DNA from: Nitrospirota bacterium
Lineage (GTDB): Bacteria > Nitrospirota > JACRHJ01
Length of the DNA stretch: 64,000 nt
Direction of reading: 5' to 3'
Assembly: GCA_963845245.1 (NCBI GenBank)
Contig: CAWJRJ010000013.1
Location: 23,234-87,233 of the forward strand
Shown: positions 19,226 to 31,852 of the stretch, piece by piece
Layout: the number at the start of each line of letters is the position of its first letter
How positions within the stretch are numbered: the stretch's first letter is position 1
The notes under the pieces: generated by a model
Databases searched by the model: none
What the model was told of the DNA's origin: nothing
The model's input: only the letters and a program-made list of their open reading frames with translations
Made by a program: the position numbers and the translations under genes

Positions 19226-20416
19226 TTATTTCTTGTCCGTCAAGGATACGAGGCCCGGGAGGTCCTTGCCCTCAAGCAGCTCAAGCGACGCGCCGCCGCC
19301 TGTGGAGATGAACGACATGTTCTCCGATTCGCCCGCCTTGTGCACGGCCAGGTCGGTGTCGCCGCCGCCGACTATCGACAGCGCGTAGGAGTCCGCCACT
19401 GCGTGCGCGATGGCTATCGTGCCGCGCGAGAAGGCGTCTATCTCGAACACGCCCATAGGGCCGTTCCATATGACGGTCTTTGCATTTGAGAGAGCCTCAG
19501 AGAAGAGCTTTACGGAGGCAGGGCCGATATCCAGCGCCCTCCAGCCCTTAGGTATCTCCTGAGAGGTGACTATCTTCGTCTCGGCGCCGGGCTCCATGCT
19601 CTGTGCGACTACGCAGTCGACAGGCAGATAGAACTTGACGCCGCGCTTGCGGGCCTTTAAACGGATGGACTCCGCGACGTCGAGCATCCCCTCCTCGACC
19701 ATCGAGTCGCCTACCTCATAGCCCATCGCCTTGAGGAAGGTGAATGCCATGCCGCCGCCGATTATTACCTTGTCCACCTTTTCCTGCAGGTTCTCGATGA
19801 CGCCTATCTTGCCGGAGACCTTGGCGCCGCCCAGTATCGCGACGAGCGGCCTGACCGGGTTTGCAACAGCGCCCTGGAGGTAGTCCACCTCTTTTTTGAG
19901 CAGGAAGCCCGCGACGGATTTGGCGACGTACTTTGTGATGCCGGAGGTCGAGGCGTGCGCCCTGTGCGCGGTGCCGAACGCGTCGTTGACGTAATAGTCG
20001 CAGCTGTCCGCCAGCGCCTTTGAGAAGGCGTCCTCATTCTTCTCCTCTTCAGGGTGGAACCGGAGGTTCTCAAGGAGGATGACGTCGCCGGGCTTCATGG
20101 CCTCGGAGGCCTTCTCGACCTCCGGCCCTATGCAGTCCGGCATGAAGGTGACCTCGCGGTCAAGCAGCCTCTGCAGCCTCTTTGCCACGGGCAGGAGGCT
20201 GAACTTCTGGTCCGGCTTCCCATTGGGGCGGCCCAGGTGCGAGGCCAGTATTATCTTCGCGCCGCCGTCTATCGCGTAGTTGATGGTCGGAAGCGCCGAG
20301 CGTATACGGGTGTCGTCCGTTATGTTCTGGTTCTCGTCCAGAGGGACGTTGAAGTCAACCCGGATAAACAGCCGTTTGCCTTTTATATCCAGGTCTTCGA
20401 TGGTCATCTTGTTCAT
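19226..20416 (-). CDS. pgk: Phosphoglycerate kinase
   Basis: [38 protein letters not shown]. Confidence 0.98.
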   Translation of the reverse strand: MNKMTIEDLDIKGKRLFIRVDFNVPLDENQNITDDTRIRSALPTINYAIDGGAKIILASHLGRPNGKPDQKFSLLPVAKRLQRLLDREVTFMPDCIGPEVEKASEAMKPGDVILLENLRFHPEEEKNEDAFSKALADSCDYYVNDAFGTAHRAHASTSGITKYVAKSVAGFLLKKEVDYLQGAVANPVRPLVAILGGAKVSGKIGVIENLQEKVDKVIIGGGMAFTFLKAMGYEVGDSMVEEGMLDVAESIRLKARKRGVKFYLPVDCVVAQSMEPGAETKIVTSQEIPKGWRALDIGPASVKLFSEALSNAKTVIWNGPMGVFEIDAFSRGTIAIAHAVADSYALSIVGGGDTDLAVHKAGESENMSFISTGGGASLELLEGKDLPGLVSLTDKK

Positions 20417-20432
20417 GGTGTCCTCCGCCGGG

Positions 20433-21449
<1,017 letters not shown>

Positions 21450-21609
21450 TTAACTTCCCCCTTTAACGGTAGTAATATGGAAATGTCGGCGCGTGGCCGG
21501 CGAAAACTGCTGGGGCAAAACAACAATATAGCAAAATACTGCCAGGGATGTCAAAGGTTTTGAATGTAAAGCCCTGAGGCCACTAGCCCAGACATCCTCT
21601 AATCAGCGA

Positions 21610-21638
21610 TTGACATTACGCAGGGCAGGTTATAAAAT
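21610..21638 (+). promoter_or_regulatory. sigma70 promoter for HAD/histidine kinase genes
   Basis: TTGACA-N17-TAAAAT just upstream of ATG 21645. Confidence 0.55.
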
Positions 21639-21644
21639 ACACCT

Positions 21645-22296
21645 ATGAAGTATAAAGATGACAATAAGGATATCAAGGCGGTCTTCTTCGACCTCGGCAA
21701 AGTCCTGCTGCATTTTGACCACAACAATATCATAAAAAGGCTCCTTAGCCGTACCGCCCCTGATGCAGAGCGGACAGAGGGCCTTTTCCGGTTCCTTTTC
21801 GACGCAAATGATGGCCTTTGCAACAGGTACGACGAAGGGACTATAACCTCCATGGGTTTTTTCCAGGAGATAGACTCGATGTTTGCCCTGGGCATGGGTT
21901 ACGATGAGTTCGCCCCGCTATGGAACGACATATTCACAGAGAACACGGATGTTGCCGCGCTGATGCGCAGGGTCAGGGATGCGGGGCGGCCGGTCTTTCT
22001 GCTTTCGAACATTAACGAGCTGCACTGGGAGTATGTAAAGGAGCGCTTTCCGGTATTGTCCGATATGGACGGCTGGGTGCTTTCTTATGAGGTGAAATCG
22101 AAAAAACCCGCTCCCGCGATATACAGGGCGGCCCTTGATATTGCAGGAGCCGGACCGGGCGAGACGGTTTTTATTGACGACCTGGAGGAAAACACCTCGG
22201 CTGCGGCATCTTGCGGCATAAAGGGCCTGACCTTCAAAGGCGCAGGCTCGCTCGAATCTGAACTTGACGGGGCTTGGGTTAATAGGACTGGGATAG
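21645..22296 (+). CDS. HAD family phosphatase (YihX-like); probable indel near the 3' end
   Basis: FDLGKV, LSN, KP...IY, FIDD; removing one G in GACGGGG gives TAG at 22294-22296, just before the next ATG. Confidence 0.85.
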
Positions 22297-22299
22297 AAA

Positions 22300-24313
22300 A
22301 TGCCCAAACGAACGGGAAGAGATATCAAGCTCCTTGTCTTAATCTTCGGCCCGCTGTTTATTCTTTTCATCGTGCTCTCCGCCTTCCAGTACCACCACTA
22401 CACAAATAACAGGTTAAGGGTAAGGCGCCAGCTTGAAAGGCGTCAGGACCTGGAGACCGAGCTTGCGGCAACAAGACTGCAAGCCTATGTCCAGGATATA
22501 ACCTCGACACTGGGCAGGCTTTCAATATCCTTTGGCTCCTCAAAAAAATCCGACGAGAAAAACGAGGAGATAGGTAAGGCCTTCGACTCCCTGAGCGGTA
22601 AAGTCGAGCAGTTGTCATACTTTGACGGCGAAGGCAGGAAGGTCTACTCGGTGCTCGGAAAAGGGACGCTTTTGCCGCTCCCGGAAAACTGCCGCTACGA
22701 GGAGTTTTTCACCGAGCCAAAGATGACTAGAGTCCCCTATATATCGCCCATCGTAAGGCTGGAAGACAAGGAGGAGGTAATATATATCTCTTGTCCGGTC
22801 AAAGACGCTTCGACAGGCTCCTTTGCGGGGGTTGTTCTGGCCCAGATGAGCAGGACGTCGTTTGCCAACGTATGCAAGCAAATCAAAGAGGTAGACCCTG
22901 ACATCCGCTTCGCCTATTATAATCAACTGGGAGAAACAATCTGCCTGGACGGGTGCTTTCAGAAGGAGTGCCCCCCTGCGCGGAAAGAGCTGATTTCGGA
23001 CGCGCCCGCGAGCGAGGTTATTGCCCCTGCCGGCGTCTCCCGGGACAGGCCACGGCGGCAGTCTGAGGGTGGCGTATCATCCCGTAAGGGTCGAGGGATA
23101 TCGCTGGTACATGTCCTCTGAAATGCCCCTTTCGCTGGTTGGCAGCCTGGCCGAGGGGGACAAGTATACATATTCGGCGGCCGGCGCCCTGTTCCTGTTC
23201 TCGCTGATTGCCGGCGGCCTTTATTTCCGCCGGATATTTATGGAAAAGGCAGCTGCGGAGTCGGAGGCCTCCTATCAGGCTTCAATAGCCTCAAAGAACG
23301 ATGCCTTCGAGGCTGAAAGAGACAAGCTCCTTGCCGTGCTGAACGGCGTGCCGGACGGGATCATACTCCTTGATGGTGAGGGCAGGGTGACCGACGTAAA
23401 TGTCAGCATACGAAATATGGCCGGTATGCCAGCTGAAGACCAGTCCGGCAAGGTACCGGAAAGTCCGGGTCTTGCTGTTTTTTTGGGGCCTCTGGAAGGG
23501 CCAACGGATAAGACGGTAGGCGAGAAGACCTACAGGGTTATACCTGTCCCTGCCCACGAAGACGCCGGCGGTGCGCCAGGGGAGGTCAGGATAGTCAGGG
23601 ACGTAACCATGGAAAAGTCTGTCGAACGCAAAAGAAAAAACATGGTCTCCATGATCACCCATGACATCAAAAACCCGCTTGCGGCCATCATCGGAACATC
23701 CGAATGGCTGATAAACGACAAAATCAAGCCCTGCCTGGGCGACGACGGTATTGCAGCCGTTGAGTCGATAAACCGTGCGGCCATCAGGATCCTTGCGTTA
23801 AGCGAGAACCTCCTCCTTTCCACCGGCGAGGAGGTGCCTAGGCCGCAGAAGGTCAATGCGGACGTGGGGGTTTTCCTTGAGAAGGTAATAACCGAATTCT
23901 ACCTTGAGGCAAAGCGGAAGGGCATTTCTATAAGGCACGACGTTAACGAGGTTTCCGCTGAGATACATATCGATGAGCAGCAGATGATGCGGGCCTTCTC
24001 GAACCTGATCAACAATTCACTCCGGCACACTCCCGAGGGCGGCGAGATAACGGTGGTAGCCAAGGATTTCAGGGAGTATGTAACCGTATCCATATCGGAT
24101 ACAGGGCCCGGCATCAATAAAAGCGACCTCCCGCACATGTTCGAGAAGAACTATTGGGCGTCAAACGGGAAAGAGCGCACCAGGAAAGCGGGCCTCGGGC
24201 TCTCCATCGCAAAGAGCATTATAGAGGCACAAGGCGGCACTATCGAATTTGTCTCGGACGAGCAATACACGGCAATGTTCGTGGTGCGCCTTCCAATCGC
24301 ACCACAGGCCTGA
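22300..24313 (+). CDS. Sensor histidine kinase (TM-dCache-TM-PAS-HisKA-HATPase); apparent frameshift near 23040
   Basis: THDIKNPL H-box, NLINN, DTGPGI, GLGLSI; no response regulator in the window. Confidence 0.88.
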
Positions 24314-24315
24314 AA

Positions 24316-25368
24316 TCAGGGCAGGGTAACCGATACCTCCACAGATTTTGCGCTCTCGTTTGGCGGGTCTGCGTTGTCCACCGCAGTAACGGCATAATAA
24401 TATGTCTTGCCCGGCAGCACTTCGGTGTCCGTGAACGTGATGTTCAAAGACGGTTCTTTTGAAAGGGGACGGAATTCCTTCTCCCCGTCGGCCCTTTTGT
24501 AGAGTATGTAGCCTTTTATATCCGAGTCAGGGATTATGTCCCATGAGAGAAGCACGGCCTTGTCGCCGGGCACGGCCTGCAGGCCAGTCGGTGGGACGGG
24601 CGGCTCTTTGTCGGAAGGTGTTGCTTCGACGGTTTCCGAGGGAAGGCCCTCCGCAAACGGGGTTTCCTTGCCTCGCAGGGCGCTCACGGAATAATAATAC
24701 GATGTGTTGTTTACGAGGCCGGTATCCTCAAAACGCTCGCCGGTAACCGGCGCCGTGTTTACGGAGACGGGTTTCTCACCCTTCTTAGCAAAACGGTAGA
24801 CGTTGTAGCCTGCAAGGTCTTCAAGCGGGCTTCCGTCCTCGAGCTTTTTCACGGCAGTCCATCCAAGCAGTACCGAGCGGTTGCCGGCCTTTGCCGTCAA
24901 CCCTTCCGGTTTCCCGGGCGGCAACAGCAGGCGGGCTTCTGCCTGGTTTGATTCCTGCCCCCTGAAATCATCCTTGTTCACCCCGATAACCTTATAGAGA
25001 TATTTCCGCCCGAAGAGGACACCTCCCTTGTCAGCCCAGACTATCCTTTTGCCGCTGATTTCGGCCTCCTTCGGGTATTCGAGGTCGATGAAAGCGACCT
25101 TCTCAAGCTTGCATTTACAGCCATCTCCGCTTTCCTCGTCCATCGCCCTGAGGACGTCAAACCCGGCAAGGTCGGTCAGCGGGTCGCCTTTTGTGTTTTT
25201 TGAAGGCATCGTCCAGGATAATATTATCTTGTCGCCATGGGGTTCGGCCTTCAGGTTTGCGACAGGCTGCGGCAATACGGTGCCTGGGATTATGAGGGCG
25301 CCTTTCCTCCCGCAGGCTGGAAGCATGGCTAGCAAGGCAACCGCTAAAATAAAAATCTTGAGTCTCAT
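24316..25368 (-). CDS. Lipoprotein with three fibronectin type III domains
   Basis: Lipobox LPAC-GRKG; three L.W...GY..YR...YYY.V.A units. Confidence 0.82.
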   Translation of the reverse strand: MRLKIFILAVALLAMLPACGRKGALIIPGTVLPQPVANLKAEPHGDKIILSWTMPSKNTKGDPLTDLAGFDVLRAMDEESGDGCKCKLEKVAFIDLEYPKEAEISGKRIVWADKGGVLFGRKYLYKVIGVNKDDFRGQESNQAEARLLLPPGKPEGLTAKAGNRSVLLGWTAVKKLEDGSPLEDLAGYNVYRFAKKGEKPVSVNTAPVTGERFEDTGLVNNTSYYYSVSALRGKETPFAEGLPSETVEATPSDKEPPVPPTGLQAVPGDKAVLLSWDIIPDSDIKGYILYKRADGEKEFRPLSKEPSLNITFTDTEVLPGKTYYYAVTAVDNADPPNESAKSVEVSVTLP

Positions 25369-25461
25369 TATTAGCCTTTCGAAGAGTCGGTATATTTATT
25401 TGCTAAAAAAATGCTATATTATAGCAGAAATTTAAGAATTTCATTAAAAAAAGGGGGATGG

Positions 25462-26872
25462 ATGACAAGGACAAAGATTGTGGCCACTCTGGGCCCGGCT
25501 AGCTCAACGGATAAGGCAATCCGTGAGCTGATGAATGCGGGTGTTGACGTCTTCCGTCTTAATATGTCTCACGGGGATCATGCCTCCCATGCCCGGCTTA
25601 TAAAAAAGATCAGGGATGCGCAAAACAAGGGGCCTGGCCATCCAGCGATCCTGGGCGACCTCTGCGGTCCCAAGATAAGGGTGGGCAGGCTTGAAGGCGG
25701 CCAGGCCGTCCTTGTCGGCAGGAAGCCAGGTTGTCTTGACGGCCGCAAACATTACAGGAGACCCGGGCAGGCTGCATGTCTCCTATCCCGCGCTTGGAGT
25801 GGGCATGAAGAAGGGGATGCGGGTGTTGCTGGCGGACGGGATGTTCGAACTGAAGGTAGTCTCCGCAAGCCCCGGTGAAGCGGTCTGCAAAGTCATAAAG
25901 GGCGGGATTCTGAAGGAAGGCAAGGGGGTAAACTTCCCCGGTCTCCCGCTTGACCTGCCGTCACTTACCGATAAGGACGCCAGAGACCTGGACTTCCTGT
26001 TAAGGGAAGGGGTTGATTTCATCGCTCTCTCCTTTGTGCGGCAGGCATCCGACGTGCAGGCATTGAAAGAGATGATCGAAAGGTCGGGAAAGGACACGCC
26101 GGTAATAGCGAAGATCGAGAGGCCGGAGGCTATAAGGAACCTTAAGGATATTATTATAGCCTCGGATGGGATAATGGTTGCGCGCGGCGACCTGGGTGTC
26201 GAGATGCCCCCGGAACTTGTGCCGCCTCTGCAAAAGAGGATAATCAAGCTGTGCAACTTCTATAAGAAGCCGGTGATCACAGCAACCCAGATGCTTGAGT
26301 CGATGGTTCGAAATCCCAGGCCCACCCGTGCCGAGGCCTCGGACGTGGCTGGCGCCGTGTTCGACGGTACGGACGCGCTTATGCTCTCCGAGGAGACCGC
26401 TGCGGGTGAATACCCCGTGGCATCTGTTCTGATGATGGACCGTGTTGCCAGAGAGGCCGAAAAATACGCGGTATTCCCGGATTTAGAAACGGAGGTTTCA
26501 GGGCAGATGGAGGCTATAGCTTCGTCAGCCTGCCGCTGCGCCGAAGAGCTTGGGGCAAAGGCGATTATATGCTTCACCCGCTCCGGCGCGACCGCGCTCC
26601 ACATTTCAAAAAGCAGGCCGCCTGCCGCTATAATTGCGGCAACCCCGGACAGGAGGGTACTGCGTAAGATGCGCCTGTATTACGGGGTTATCCCGGTCCT
26701 GATAAAGTTGCGGGAAAATACTGACCGGATCATAAAAGAGGTGGAAGATGCGGCCCTGTCCCGAAGGCTTGTACGAGAGGGAGACCTGGTTATCCTGACA
26801 CTTGGGGTTCCCGCCGCCGACAGCCCCACCAACCTAATGAAGATACAAAGGGTGGGGGAGGGTTTCAGGTAG
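25462..26872 (+). CDS. pyk: Pyruvate kinase; apparent frameshift near 25720
   Basis: TKIVATLGP, FRLNMSHG, IAKIE, MVARGDLG, TATQMLESM, PTRAE. Confidence 0.96.
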
Positions 26873-26933
26873 CAGTAATCATTCTCAGCTGGTTTCCCAT
26901 GCTTGTGATATAATTATATATAAGAGGTGATAT

Positions 26934-27179
26934 ATGAAACACAACATGGGGAAAAGTGAAAGATTGTTCAGGTTCCTGCTGGGTATTGCGCTGCTGATTG
27001 TGGGCTGGGTTTATTTGGGCGGTTTCGGAATGATGGTCGCCTCGTCCATATTTATCGTAGTTGGCGCGGCATTGATTATTACCGGGGTATTTTCATACTG
27101 CCCGATCAACGCGATCATACACCACAATTCCTGCAACTCGTGCAGGCATGGAATGACTGACAAGCACCTGCCCGTCTAG
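26934..27179 (+). CDS. DUF2892/YgaP-like membrane protein with CxxC tail (paralog 1)
   Basis: N.G..ER..R, two TM helices, FSYCPIN, HNSCNSC. Confidence 0.85.
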   Translation: MKHNMGKSERLFRFLLGIALLIVGWVYLGGFGMMVASSIFIVVGAALIITGVFSYCPINAIIHHNSCNSCRHGMTDKHLPV

Positions 27180-27202
27180 GCAGAAAAGACCCTATTTAAA
27201 TT

Positions 27203-27231
27203 AAAAGGCGGCCTAAACGGCCGCCTTTTTT
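27203..27231 (+). terminator. Terminator hairpin (GGCGGCC family)
   Basis: AAAAGGCGGCC-TAAAC-GGCCGCCTTTTTT. Confidence 0.85.
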
Positions 27232-27351
27232 ATTAAATCTGTCAACTTATAAACAGGTTTTCTTTTAAATGCAATTGTTATGAACATCAAAATATTTACT
27301 TGACAAGTCTGGTAATTTATGGTCTATTATAGACTAAACAGGAGGTGCTTT

Positions 27352-27597
27352 ATGAAGCATAACATCGGTAAGTGTGAGAGGATGCTCAGGGTTGCTTTCG
27401 GAGTCTTGTTTGTGGTTAATGGCTGGGGAATGCTGGAAGGGTACGGGCCAGGGATTGCATCGTCATTTATGTTAATCGCGGGGGCGGCACTCATCATAAC
27501 CGGGGTGTTCTCTTACTGCCCGATCAACGTCATGTTAGGCCATAACTCCTGCAAACACTGCAAGGAGGGAGTCACCGAAGAACATATACCAATATGA
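27352..27597 (+). CDS. DUF2892/YgaP-like membrane protein with CxxC tail (paralog 2)
   Basis: AGGAGG RBS; colinear with paralog 1; FSYCPIN, HNSCKHC. Confidence 0.85.
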   Translation: MKHNIGKCERMLRVAFGVLFVVNGWGMLEGYGPGIASSFMLIAGAALIITGVFSYCPINVMLGHNSCKHCKEGVTEEHIPI

Positions 27598-27621
27598 ACC
27601 TAGTTCTGCTGGAATTATAAC

Positions 27622-27648
27622 GGCGGCCTTCAAAGGCCGCCTTTTTTT
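27622..27648 (+). terminator. Terminator hairpin (GGCGGCC family)
   Basis: GGCGGCCTT-CA-AAGGCCGCCTTTTTTT. Confidence 0.85.
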
Positions 27649-27809
27649 ATGCCAGACCCCCCGCAGTCTTCCTCTTATCCAAAGTTTCGAAACCCGATTA
27701 TTGCAGGATATTAAGTAAGTAATGTGCTTATAAATAGAAGAGGGTATGTTTAACTACATTGAACTGGTATTCAAACAAAGAAGTTCGGAGAGTGAACTGA
27801 GAACAAAAC

Positions 27810-27841
27810 AAAAAAGGCGGCCTTCGCAGGCCGCCTTTTTT
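27810..27841. terminator. Bidirectional terminator hairpin (GGCGGCC family)
   Basis: AAAAAAGGCGGCCT-TCGC-AGGCCGCCTTTTTT. Confidence 0.85.
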
Positions 27842-27857
27842 ATCGGGTTTTAACCGT

Positions 27858-28616
27858 TTATTTCTCTATGTCGATGTTTTTTATGCAGGTCTTGCCTTCG
27901 ACGTCCAGGCAGTAGGCCTTAATCTTTGCGCCGGTCTCGATCTTGGAGATAGGGGCACCTTTGGTCGACTTCTGGTAATATAGGGTCTGCTCCCCGCTGG
28001 TCGTCTTGATTACTACGGTCTTTTTCTCCGGGTCGATTGAGACGACCTCGCCCGTAAGCTTTATGCCCGTTACGGCTGCCTTTGCAGGGATTATGGTTAT
28101 CTTCTTCGCGCAGGTCGTGCCTTCGACGTCGATGCAGTCGACCCTCACCATCGTGCCGGGCTTAAGCTCGGTTGCCGGTATGGTCTCGGCCTTCTTGCCC
28201 GTGCCCTTCTTGATTACAGGTTCTTCCTTGGTGCTTATCGTGACCTTCTTGCCCTTCTTGGTCTTTATCACAACGGTCTTGCCTTCCGGGTCGATCGATA
28301 CGACCTCGCCCTCGATCATCGAGGCGCCCTTCACGGCCTCCTTGCCGGATACTATCTTTATCTCTTCCGCGCATGACTTGCCTTCGACGTCGATGCAGGT
28401 TATGTCGACCTTCATGCCAGGCTTGACGCCTTTGAGGCCCTTGGTACTCTCCTGCAGCATGATATGCTTCTGGCCGCCGGGCGTATTGATCACAAGGGTT
28501 TTGCCTGCGGAATCAATCGATACGACCTCGCCCGTCACCGTTTCCGCGGCAAAAGCGTTCACTGCCAGACCTGCAACCAACAAGAGCGATGCCAGAAGCG
28601 ATAGCGTCTTCCTCAT
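27858..28616 (-). CDS. Secreted protein with three OB-fold-like (DUF5666/CusF-like) repeats, each with CX7C (paralog A)
   Basis: Signal peptide ending AFA; three GEVVSID..K.V.I.T units closing with CIDVEGKSC, CIDVEGTTC, CLDVEGKTC. Confidence 0.8.
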   Translation of the reverse strand: MRKTLSLLASLLLVAGLAVNAFAAETVTGEVVSIDSAGKTLVINTPGGQKHIMLQESTKGLKGVKPGMKVDITCIDVEGKSCAEEIKIVSGKEAVKGASMIEGEVVSIDPEGKTVVIKTKKGKKVTISTKEEPVIKKGTGKKAETIPATELKPGTMVRVDCIDVEGTTCAKKITIIPAKAAVTGIKLTGEVVSIDPEKKTVVIKTTSGEQTLYYQKSTKGAPISKIETGAKIKAYCLDVEGKTCIKNIDIEK

Positions 28617-28791
28617 TTTCCCCTCCTCAGATGTGTGGACAATAAAGCCTTGCGACATTAATGTATTAAATATAACAACGCAAAACAATTTCTGTCAACA
28701 TTCGGGCAATAATAATTAAATGAAAATCCGGTGCGGTTTGGTGTATAATCTCCTTCCTCGCACGGGGCATCTTAAAAACAAGGGATATTCA

Positions 28792-30924
28792 ATGGAAATC
28801 AAATATATTCAAGACATTGCACGCGAATTGGGGCTGGGCATCAACCAGGTACAGGCTACTACAGCCCTTTTGGACGAAGGCGGCACCATCCCGTTCATAG
28901 CCCGCTACAGAAAAGAGGCTACAGGCTCGCTGGACGAGGTGGCCGTGGCCGCCATACGCGACAGGCTGGCCCAGCTTATCGAGCTGGACAAACGCCGCGA
29001 GGCGATACTGAAGTCAATGGGCGAACAGGGAGTCCTGACGGACGAACTCAAGGCGAAGGTACTTGCCGCCGAAACCATGACCGTCCTCGAGGACATATAC
29101 CTGCCGTACAGGCCCAAGCGCCGCACCCGCGCCACGATGGCGAAGGAGAAGGGCCTGGAGCCGTTGGCCCAGCTCATCTTCGCACAGGAAGGTATCGACC
29201 CGCTTGCAGAGGCCGCGCTTTACATCGACCCGGAGAAGGGCGTGAACACCCTCGATGAAGCCCTTGCCGGTGCGCGTGACATCATCGCCGAGTGGGTCAG
29301 CGAAGATGCTGCCGCCCGCGAGAGGATGCGCATGCTGTTCAACACGAAGGGCACCTTCCGCTCGAAGGTGCTGACAGGCAAGGAGGAGGAAGGGGCGAAG
29401 TTCCGTGACTATTTCGACTGGCAGGAGCCGGTTTCCTCCGCGCCCTCGCACCGCATACTCGCAATGAGGCGCGGCGAGAAGGAGGGCTTCATCAGCTTCC
29501 AGCTTGCCCCGCCCGAGGAGGAGGCGCTGATAGAGCTTGAAACACAGTTCGTCAAGGGCACAGGCGCAGATTCTGTACAGGTGAGGCTTGCGGTGCAGGA
29601 CGGGTACAAGAGGCTCCTCTCGCTGTCCATCGAGACCGAGACGCGCCTTGCCACAAAGAAGCGTGCCGAGACCGAGGCGATACGCGTGTTCGCCGAGAAC
29701 CTTCGCCAGCTACTCCTTGCGCCGCCGCTCGGGGGCAAGAACGTCCTCGCCATCGACCCGGGCTTTCGCACCGGCTGCAAGGTCGTCGCGCTCGACCGTC
29801 AGGGCAAGCTGCTCCATAACGATACGATATACCCGACGATGTCGGAAAGCGCAAAGGACGCCGCAGCCTCAAAGGTGCGCGAGCTGTGCGCAAGATATGA
29901 AGTCGAGATAATTGCCATAGGCAACGGTACGGCGGGGCGCGAGACGGAAACCTTCGTGCGCAGCCTCGGGTTGCCCGGCTCCATAAAGACCGTAATGGTG
30001 AACGAGAGCGGCGCGTCCATATACTCGGCTTCCGAGGTTGCACGCGAGGAGTTCCCGGACCACGACATCACGGTGCGCGGCTCGGTATCCATCGGCAGGC
30101 GTCTGATGGACCCGCTGGCCGAGCTTGTAAAGATAGACCCCAAGTCCATAGGCGTAGGACAGTACCAGCACGACGTGGACCAGTCGGCGCTGAAGAAGAG
30201 CCTGGACGATGTTGTCATAAGCTGCGTCAACGGCGTCGGCGTGGAGGTGAACACGGCGAGCAAGGAGCTTCTCACCTATGTGTCGGGCCTTGGCCCGCAA
30301 CTCGCCAAGAACATTGTTGATTACCGAAATGCCAACGGCCCGTTCCCCGCACGCGAGAAGCTCCTGACCGTCCCGCGCCTGGGTCCAAAGGCATTCGAGC
30401 AGGCGGCCGGGTTCCTTCGGATAAGGGATGCGGAGAACCCGCTCGATGCAAGCGCGGTGCACCCGGAGAGCTATCCGGTGGTGGAGGCGATGGCGAAGGA
30501 CTTGAACTGCACCGTGGCCGACCTGATGAAGAGCGCGGAGCTACGCAAGAGGATTGACCCGAAGAAATACGTGACGGACAAGGTGGGCCTCCCGACACTG
30601 AACGACATAATCGCGGAGCTTTCAAAGCCGGGCCGCGACCCGCGCCAGCAGTTCGAGGCCTTCAGCTTCACGGACGGCGTGGACAAGATAACCGACCTTG
30701 AGGTCGGCATGAAGCTCCCCGGCGTGGTGACGAACATTACCGCCTTCGGCGCGTTCGTTGATATCGGCGTGCACCAGGACGGGCTCGTGCATATCAGCCA
30801 GCTTGCGGACAGGTTCGTGAAGAACCCTGCCGACGTGGTGAAGGTGAGCCAGAGGGTCAACGTCACCGTGCTTGAGGTGGACGTGAAAAGGAACAGGATT
30901 TCGCTTTCGATGAAGACAAAGTAA
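28792..30924 (+). CDS. tex: Tex family RNA-binding transcriptional accessory protein
   Basis: TIPFIARYRKE, IDPGFRTGCK, VNESGASIYSAS, IGVGQYQHD, C-terminal S1 domain. Confidence 0.97.
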   Translation: MEIKYIQDIARELGLGINQVQATTALLDEGGTIPFIARYRKEATGSLDEVAVAAIRDRLAQLIELDKRREAILKSMGEQGVLTDELKAKVLAAETMTVLEDIYLPYRPKRRTRATMAKEKGLEPLAQLIFAQEGIDPLAEAALYIDPEKGVNTLDEALAGARDIIAEWVSEDAAARERMRMLFNTKGTFRSKVLTGKEEEGAKFRDYFDWQEPVSSAPSHRILAMRRGEKEGFISFQLAPPEEEALIELETQFVKGTGADSVQVRLAVQDGYKRLLSLSIETETRLATKKRAETEAIRVFAENLRQLLLAPPLGGKNVLAIDPGFRTGCKVVALDRQGKLLHNDTIYPTMSESAKDAAASKVRELCARYEVEIIAIGNGTAGRETETFVRSLGLPGSIKTVMVNESGASIYSASEVAREEFPDHDITVRGSVSIGRRLMDPLAELVKIDPKSIGVGQYQHDVDQSALKKSLDDVVISCVNGVGVEVNTASKELLTYVSGLGPQLAKNIVDYRNANGPFPAREKLLTVPRLGPKAFEQAAGFLRIRDAENPLDASAVHPESYPVVEAMAKDLNCTVADLMKSAELRKRIDPKKYVTDKVGLPTLNDIIAELSKPGRDPRQQFEAFSFTDGVDKITDLEVGMKLPGVVTNITAFGAFVDIGVHQDGLVHISQLADRFVKNPADVVKVSQRVNVTVLEVDVKRNRISLSMKTK

Positions 30925-31065
30925 ACACCTCGCCCTTAAGTATTACCTCCCCGCCCGGCTTCAAATCACCGATTTGACAGAATCCGCCCCGAGTGCTTAA
31001 CTTTTACTTAAGCGCACATGGAGTTTTCTGAATTTAAATCCAACGCCAGAAAAGGAGTCGGGACC

Positions 31066-31830
31066 ATGAAGAAGCTGATACCATTGTTCGTTGCGATGAC
31101 CTTTGTGACGGCGCTGGCCGTCGTTATATCCGCTGTCGTTGTATATGCCGACGAGACGGTAACCGGCAAGGTCGTGGCGGTAGACGCCGCAGGCAAGACG
31201 ATTGTGGTGAACACGGCTACTGGCGACAGGACGGTGGTATTGCAGGAGGGCATCGAAAACGTGACGCCTGGCATGAATGTTGAGATGACATGCTTTGAAG
31301 TTGACGGCAAGGCCTGCGCAAAGAACGTCAAGGTCATTACCGTGGCGGAATCTCAGACCATGCAGGGCGAAGTCGTATCCATAGATCCCGGTGGCAAATC
31401 GGTCGTCATCAAGTCCCCCGAGGGCAAGGAAGTGACGATACTCATCAATAGCCCGCCTGTCGTGGAAACGCTTTCGGTCAAGGAAGGCGCTCCTGCCGGT
31501 GAGAACATCGCCTGTGAGCCCATGCCCATCAGCATGATCAAGCCTGGCTCAATGGTGAGAGTAGACTGTTTCGACAGCGGGGGCGCGTTCTGCGCCAGAA
31601 GGATAACCGTGGTGCCGACCAGCACTGAGATCGTCGGGAAGGTAGTCTCCACCGACCCTGCCGGGAATGTCGTGGTGGTAAAGACCAACGCCGGCGAGAA
31701 GAAGCTCTACTACCAGAAGACCACCACCGGCGCGCCGCTTAGCGAGGTCCAGGTGGACAAAAACATCAGGGCATACTGCCTGGACGTCGATGGCAAGACC
31801 TGCGTAAGGGATATAACAGTGACCCAGTAA
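31066..31830 (+). CDS. Secreted protein with three OB-fold-like CX7C repeats (paralog B)
   Basis: AGGAG RBS; signal peptide; CFEVDGKAC, CFDSGGAFC, CLDVDGKTC; shares LYYQK.T.GAP with paralog A. Confidence 0.8.
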   Translation: MKKLIPLFVAMTFVTALAVVISAVVVYADETVTGKVVAVDAAGKTIVVNTATGDRTVVLQEGIENVTPGMNVEMTCFEVDGKACAKNVKVITVAESQTMQGEVVSIDPGGKSVVIKSPEGKEVTILINSPPVVETLSVKEGAPAGENIACEPMPISMIKPGSMVRVDCFDSGGAFCARRITVVPTSTEIVGKVVSTDPAGNVVVVKTNAGEKKLYYQKTTTGAPLSEVQVDKNIRAYCLDVDGKTCVRDITVTQ

Positions 31831-31852
31831 ACAATTTTATAATAAGAGATAT

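Noticed and set aside
27746..27853. Small ORF MFNYIELVFKQR... between two terminators
   Set aside because: Poor RBS spacing, runs through a terminator, no recognisable features.
26900..28680. Rex/CRP-like half sites upstream of the DUF2892 and CX7C genes
   Set aside because: Too many mismatches in AT-rich DNA to support without a PWM scan.
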